Origin: Octopus vulgaris
Lineage: Eukaryota
Direction of reading: 5' to 3'
Length of the DNA: 64,000 nucleotides
Assembly: GCA_951406725.2 (NCBI GenBank)
Contig: OX597816.1
Span: 89,962,001-90,026,000, forward strand
Of the stretch, positions 58,035-64,000 are shown one piece after another. Each line of letters begins with the position of its first letter. The stretch's first letter is position 1. A model generated the notes under the pieces. The model was not told the DNA's origin. It was given only the letters and a program-made list of their open reading frames with translations, and made no database searches. The translations under genes were made by a program, and so were the position numbers.

Positions 58035-61000
58035 GTAAGTAATTTTAATACATATATGTTAAACTCTATTACTCTCTTACTGTAAAAATGTTAACGAAAA
58101 GTTTACATTACATCAAACTATTTCCTAATTTCATTTATTTTAATTACTGGATTGGCAACCGTCAATTAATAACGAAAATTTGAATTTTCAACGTATCTGA
58201 ATTACAATAATGTCTCATGTTGGTATAAGACCACAATTTCTTTGACTGAATAGACACAGTACATGCCTGGTACTTGTTTTCCATTGATTCTACGAGGATG
58301 TAAAACGAAGTCGAAACATGTGGGGATTTTAGCTTACAGTTCTATACTGTAAGCTAAAATCCCCACATGTTTCGACATTAGTCTGTCGTCCCACCAACTT
58401 AAATTATCGTTAAGATTTCTAACACTGACACCAGGCAAAAAAATTTGGGGTTGAGGATGACTGAATCGATTTTAATATTTAACAAGCGATTGTTTTATCT
58501 AGCCTTCTGAAGGATAAAAAAACAAAGTTGACCTCATCAGAATTTGAACATATTCTAAATAACCTTAACTAAATAAAACAAATTATTTAGTCTCGCGCTG
58601 TACTTTTGCCATTTCTCCCTTTAACAGTAATGATAATTTCTTAGATAATTTCTAAACTGGCTGGGGTGGTGTAGTTTATTAATTCTACCTTAGAATTTGA
58701 CTTGTACATGTTTTATCGTCACCGAAAAGATGAAAGGCAAATTCACTTCCGGTGGGATTTAAACACCAATGCTCTACTGATTCTGCATGCCGTTGCACCT
58801 TCCATCAATAATAATAAGTTATTCGAACAGTCGGATATGGGTGTGGCCACAGATGATACAAAAGCCCTCGAATGGGTGATTATCGAGTGACCCTGAAAAA
58901 AGAAAGAAAGAAAAAGGTGTGCTGATGAATATACTGACTTGACTCCCAAATCCCAAAAGTTTGTGAGCATCAAGCTTAACAATTCAGAAAATGGAGTGGC
59001 CAATCACTTAACCCAAGCAACAGGCCAAGAATTGCAACAAGAGCAAAAGCAACATCGTTCTTTACAGTAGCAAAAGGTACATCAAGTTCAGCTGCAAAAG
59101 GAGAAAAAACAAACGAAAGCAACCAAGACGAAATAACAACCATGCTTGCTGGAACAAATGCAGTAACCACACATGGGTGAGCCACTTAACTACACAATTC
59201 TCTGAAGGAATTGCTGGATTTTATAGACTCTAAAAACGACATAAGTTTAATAATGCGCAAGGGACTTGGTGCACTCACCATTTCCAAGACTCAACAAGGA
59301 AGGGTTCTTGTTAAAACTACGATTTACAGTATTTTGAGAAAACATTTACCACATGATACAGAAGAATTTAAAAGCTTATTCGGCAGAAGGATGTTAGAAA
59401 GCTCATACAAAGGCCATGGAAAAGGACCAAGCCAAGTGAGCACCTTTTTTTTATTTTTTATTTCTCCTCTTCCTCTTGAAATGGCAATACAAAGAATAGG
59501 TTGTTGCATAAATGCTCATGGCCTGGGGTAGCATGAAAGCAGGGACACCTACTCAACAATCCTGGGTCACTAAATCTGAATGCACTAGCCATTATCAAGA
59601 CTAGAATTTCTAAAACACAATTGTTTGCTCCCCTTCTAGGTGGCTACAAGGTTTATGCTCCTTTAGTTGACCTGGATCACATGGTCTGGTAGTGCTGTTT
59701 CTGAGAGGCCTGGGTGTAAAATGAGTACAATTTTCCCAGATCCAATCAGTAGGTTGGTAGTCTTACACATGAACAACAATGAAAGCAACAGTAGTCTTCA
59801 GACAGTGGCTGTCTATGCTCTGACAGGAGCTGGACAGCTGGATTTCTTTAGACATCCAGAGACTTTCCTGGAAACATCTTACTCATTAATGTTCATGGGC
59901 AGTTGAAATAGGATCTTGGATGCATCCAAAGATTACATGGGAGTATCTGATTGGAGAGTAGGAGGGCAAAAGTCTCATAAACTTTCTCATGCATTTCCAA
60001 TGGTCTGACAGCTTTTTGCTTTATTTTCCCCAATGCACAATATGGACATGGTCACACAGTGGCATTCAAGTCATAATTAGTTTGGGTCATTGTCAGGTTA
60101 GCAGACAGGCATAGTAATAAGGTGCACATTGTTTCAGATAGTTGGCTATTCGGACCACAAATTTGTAACATTTACAGTCAACTTAGAAAAGATGTAGACA
60201 GGGACCAGGTTACTGGAAGATGAACACATCCTTCCCAGCACTGAAAGATTTCAAGGATCAGATTAATGTACTGATTAGGCAGGAACTGATGAGAGCTATC
60301 AACAACAAATGGAGAATTTAACTAAAACGAAAAATCGGAGAAGCAACAAGTGGCCCTCAACCATTTCTTCAATGCAAAACATTAAGATTTTGTTGTCTAA
60401 GCTTGTGTATGTGTATTGAAACCGGAAGGTACAAAAACCATCTGTTGGGCCCATGTGATGGAGGTGCAACACAGCAATAAAGTTAATATTTGGTTTATAG
60501 CAGACCAAAGCAAGCATGTCCTCTCCAATTTCAAACAAATGTGAACAGTATTTCAGTAGTACTTCAGTGAAACAGTCTTCGAAGAGCAGTGGACTTGAAA
60601 CAGTGGGCTTTGAAGCCTACCCTGACAGTTTACCACAATTATCAGACAAGGAGAGTGGGTATTGTGAGAAGCTGATTTCAGAAGGTAAAGTGACATGTGC
60701 TGAAATGCTGTGTGGGACACAAATTGCCAGGACTAGAAGGTCTGCTCAATGAACCATATTTCCACATGTCAAATTTGTTCATTCCTGTCTTGGGAGCTGT
60801 CCACTGTAGTTGACAACAGACTGGGAACATCCCCAGTTGAGTGAGTTGGGGGTGGTGGCACTGTGATAAGAAAGGATTCAAACAAGGAGGATGTGATTGA
60901 AAATTCCAGACCCATAATTCTACTCAGTATAGACTAAAAGTACTCACCAAGAGGCTGATACTTGTTGTTGGTAGTGTAGTAGGAGACATGCAAACCTATG

Positions 61001-63310
61001 CAATCCTGATCAGATTTGTCCACAACAATCCCCACCTTATGCAATACATAGGGTGAATCAGGAATAGATCTGGCTTTGGATGGGTGCTGGTCAATTTGAA
61101 TCAGTTTGAGGTATTCAACCATGTGGACATTTGCTACCTGTCAGCTATCCTAAGAGCTGTAGGCTTCCGTTCTGTCTTCAGAGGCTAAATAACCACAGTG
61201 TATAGCAGCATCTGGTCAGTGAACAAATTAAATAGCCACTTCTCAGAACCTTCTGTTATTGAATGCTCAGTCACCAAGGATACTACTCCCTCTTCCCTCA
61301 CCTGTATGTCTTACCTCTAGAGCCTTCACTGCCTAGAATAGAGAGTTTGAGGGCTATTTCACTGGAACTGGGTCACAAGAGAGCCATGTCTGAATATGCA
61401 GATGATGTCAATCTTCAAATATGCATGTGCTCTCCAAACTGAAAGAGTACCAAGTATGTATTGGAACACACATAAACCTGGGCAAGTCAATGAGCTTGCA
61501 ACTAGCCACTCACAGAGGCAAGTCATATTGACCAGCAGCGATCTCTATCAATGGATTGAGGGCCCAGCGAAAATACTTGTAATCTGGTTTGGACCAAACT
61601 TCCTGCTGAGTAGGAACTGGAAGAGATCATTAATAGGGTAGCCAATCTTACTCAGAAATGGACCAAGACAAAGATGTCCTTGAAAGTTCAGAAAAGAGTA
61701 GCTCGTGCATTCATTTACCTCAGTAGTGTACAATTGTTTGACTGTCACATCTTGTCCTAAAAAATATCTGACCAAGTTGGAGTGCTTGCTTTTCTACTTC
61801 TTATGGTAGGGTCAGGTTTTGAAGGCCAGGAAATCCATCTACTGTCAATAAATACTCAGTGAAGAGTGGTCTTGGGATGCTGTTCTTGATAATGCACTGC
61901 CATACTTGCAGAAATATCTAGATCACTGTGTTAGTGTTAATGGCAATGACGAAAAAAAAAGGGTAAGTGGACTGGTGTGGGCTTCTTTTGTGTGACATGC
62001 TTTTCCACAGCACATCTCACATATGTGTATGTATATATGTGTGTGTGTATGTATGTATGTGTGTATGTTTGTGTGTTGTTATTTATATTGATTTCAGTTG
62101 AATATTTATACTTAAGCAACAATTATTTTGTATTACTCTTCCTGTATTTTGGATTGTTACTTTTACTGTATACGTTTTACTTATTTAATTGATTGTTTCT
62201 TTATAATATTCATCTCCCAATTATTGTCTTTTTCCCCCTTTTTTTTCTTTTTTGGAAGCTAATGAAGAAAAGGAAACTATGAAAAAAGATTGCAAAATAC
62301 AAAAAGAAGGATTAAAGGATGGTCTAGACTCAAATAGTCTAGGAGATGCAAATTCTGAAAAGCAACTGCTAGAAGCCATAAATATCAAAGAAACATCAGT
62401 AAAATTACAACCTGCTGCTGCAAATGAATTTGAAACTTCTGCTCCAAGCTTCAGTCAGCAGTCACAAGATGTTGAAAATTCAGTAGTCAGTTGTCAGTAT
62501 GATGACACCGAAGAAACTCTTAAAACTGTGGAACATGATATCAATTCTGATTCATCATTTGATTTCTTTGATTTAGCTACTAGTCCCAATGATTTCAAAC
62601 CAACATTTGAATTTGTTCATCCAGCTGAAAATTTAAATAGGATAAAGAGAAGTGAAAAATCAGATAACATTAATCATATTTCAGATGTATCTGAAAATGA
62701 AGAAGAAAGTACACAAGTTTCTTCACAAGAAGATATTACAAATGCTTTGGATTCAGCAATCAATAATACTGATACCATAGGAGCTGATGAACTGAAAACT
62801 CTGGTTTCACTTTTACTTTCAAAAAATGTTGAAATTCAAGAAGCAGCAATACTTGGGATTGTTAAATGTGCTGCATTTACAGACCATCAGGTAAGATGCA
62901 CAAAAATTTCTTAATAACTAATTGAATAGTTAGTTGTTTGAAGGGAATCTTATAGTAACAACAATTTCTTTAATAATAACAATATACTAGTGATGTGAAA
63001 TCTATCCCTCTCGTGCTAACATGAAAAACTATATGTGGAAAATAAGTGCTAATACTTGCAAATAAACATTCTTTAATAGAAATAATAATTTTATGACGGT
63101 ACTAGAAATTCACTTTATTGAATTTTTTCTTTTTTTTTTTACCAGAATTCACTACGTGAGTTGGGTTGTCTAGAAAAGCTTAATGTTTTGCTTAGTTCCT
63201 GTGTCACATCTTTAAAAGTTGGACATAATATTTCACCAGTTCTTATTGCATCAGTTGCTAATGCAATTTCAAATATGTCTGTCAATGAAAACAATCAAAT
63301 TATGTTAAAG
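57911..63310 (+). CDS. ARMC10: Armadillo repeat-containing protein 10-like (N-terminal TM anchor plus Arm_2 domain), exons 1-3; continues off the right edge
   Basis: Exons 57911-58034, 62259-62890 and 63146-63310 are in phase. TM segment IVLIAALAGGLFFLGFIF is followed by basic residues. ELKTLVSLL...AAFTDHQNSLRELG...NAISNMSVNENNQIMLK parallels human LQKLLYLL...AAFSVNQAIIRELG...NALNNLSVNVENQIKIK. Confidence 0.8.
58880..61930 (+). mobile_element. Degenerate Tx1/L1-clade LINE
   Basis: Endonuclease motifs CINAHGL, VAVYA, SDHKFV and PGYWKMNTS; RT motifs RPIILL and EYADDV; many stops and frameshifts. Confidence 0.75.
62259..62890 (+). CDS. ARMC10: ARMC10-like exon 2 (acidic linker plus first ARM helices)
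   Basis: Long polypyrimidine tract then ggaag|CT; 632-nt open frame; CAG|gtaaga donor. Confidence 0.85.
63146..63310 (+). CDS. ARMC10: ARMC10-like exon 3
   Basis: tttaccag|NSLRELGCLEKL...NMSVNENNQIMLK|gtaagt. Confidence 0.88.
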
Positions 63311-63864
63311 GTAAGTAAAGTCGTTTTTTGAATATGCAAAATCTCTTTCTGTTGTTTTAGCACAATAACAATTGAAAGACAATTTTTGTTCACATTTCTC
63401 AAGAATTATTTTTAACTTAAATTAACAAAAATTTAATTTATATTTTTTCTGCACAATAATTTTTTAGTTAAATTTATTTTGTATTAAATGCATATAACCT
63501 TGGAAACAGATGAATATTCTTTTAAAAATGTACTCCTGTACTTCTAAAAAAAATATTAAGAATGATTTTTAAAGAATTACTGTAAAATATACATTTCAGA
63601 TTGAATATCATCAGTGGTGGATTAGCAGAATCTTTTGAACATTTAAGAGAAAAATGAATGCTGAATCTTGTTACTGCCTTTACATTCTGACTTCAAATCT
63701 CACTGAGATGAAATTTGTCTTTCATCATTCCAGGGGTCAATAACTTAAATTGGTATAAGTACAGGAGTTGGTTTAATATTCCTATAAGAACATCCTTGAT
63801 GTGAATGGAATTATAATAAAATTCAAAGCAGACTATTAAGTGATTCAGCTAAGTTTAATACCTA

Positions 63865-64000
63865 TTTCTTTACTACCCACAAGGGGCTAAACACAGAGGG
63901 GACAAACAAGGACAGACAAAGGGACCAAGTCGATTATATCAACTCCAGTGCATAACTGGTACTTAATTTATCGACCCCAAAAGGATGACAAGCAAAGTCG
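63865..64000 (-). mobile_element. Meta-core SINE, runs off the window edge
   Basis: CTGGTACTTAATTTATCGACCCCAAAAGGATGA core on the plus strand. Confidence 0.75.

Overview
AT-rich, repeat-dense eukaryotic (animal) genomic DNA, most likely a coleoid cephalopod such as Octopus (inferred from the SINE/LINE landscape and microsatellite load). I rebuilt four spliced genes by hand, and their splice phases are consistent. (1) The first coding exon of a cytosolic sulfotransferase (minus, 605-800; the gene runs off the left edge). (2) A complete 19-exon Ku80/XRCC5 gene (minus, 44909 to 9019, 590 aa). It has a U12-type intron 3 and appears to lack most of the C-terminal helical domain while keeping the DNA-PKcs-binding tail. 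(3) A complete 4-exon MRPS25 gene (minus, 57654 to 49210, 175 aa). (4) The first three coding exons of an ARMC10-like gene (plus, from 57911), head-to-head with MRPS25, with a long acidic linker carrying FFAT- and LIR-like motifs. The rest is mostly tRNA-derived SINEs, RTE LINE remnants (many 3' ends carry an internal ~65-bp VNTR), Tx1/L1 and Hero-like LINE remnants, Tc1/mariner/Tigger fragments, MITEs, a Helentron-like element, Penelope-like ends with hammerhead-like motifs and several isolated pre-miRNA-sized hairpins. Most entries in the ORF track are non-coding artefacts. Comparisons with human proteins and exon sizes are from memory and need checking.
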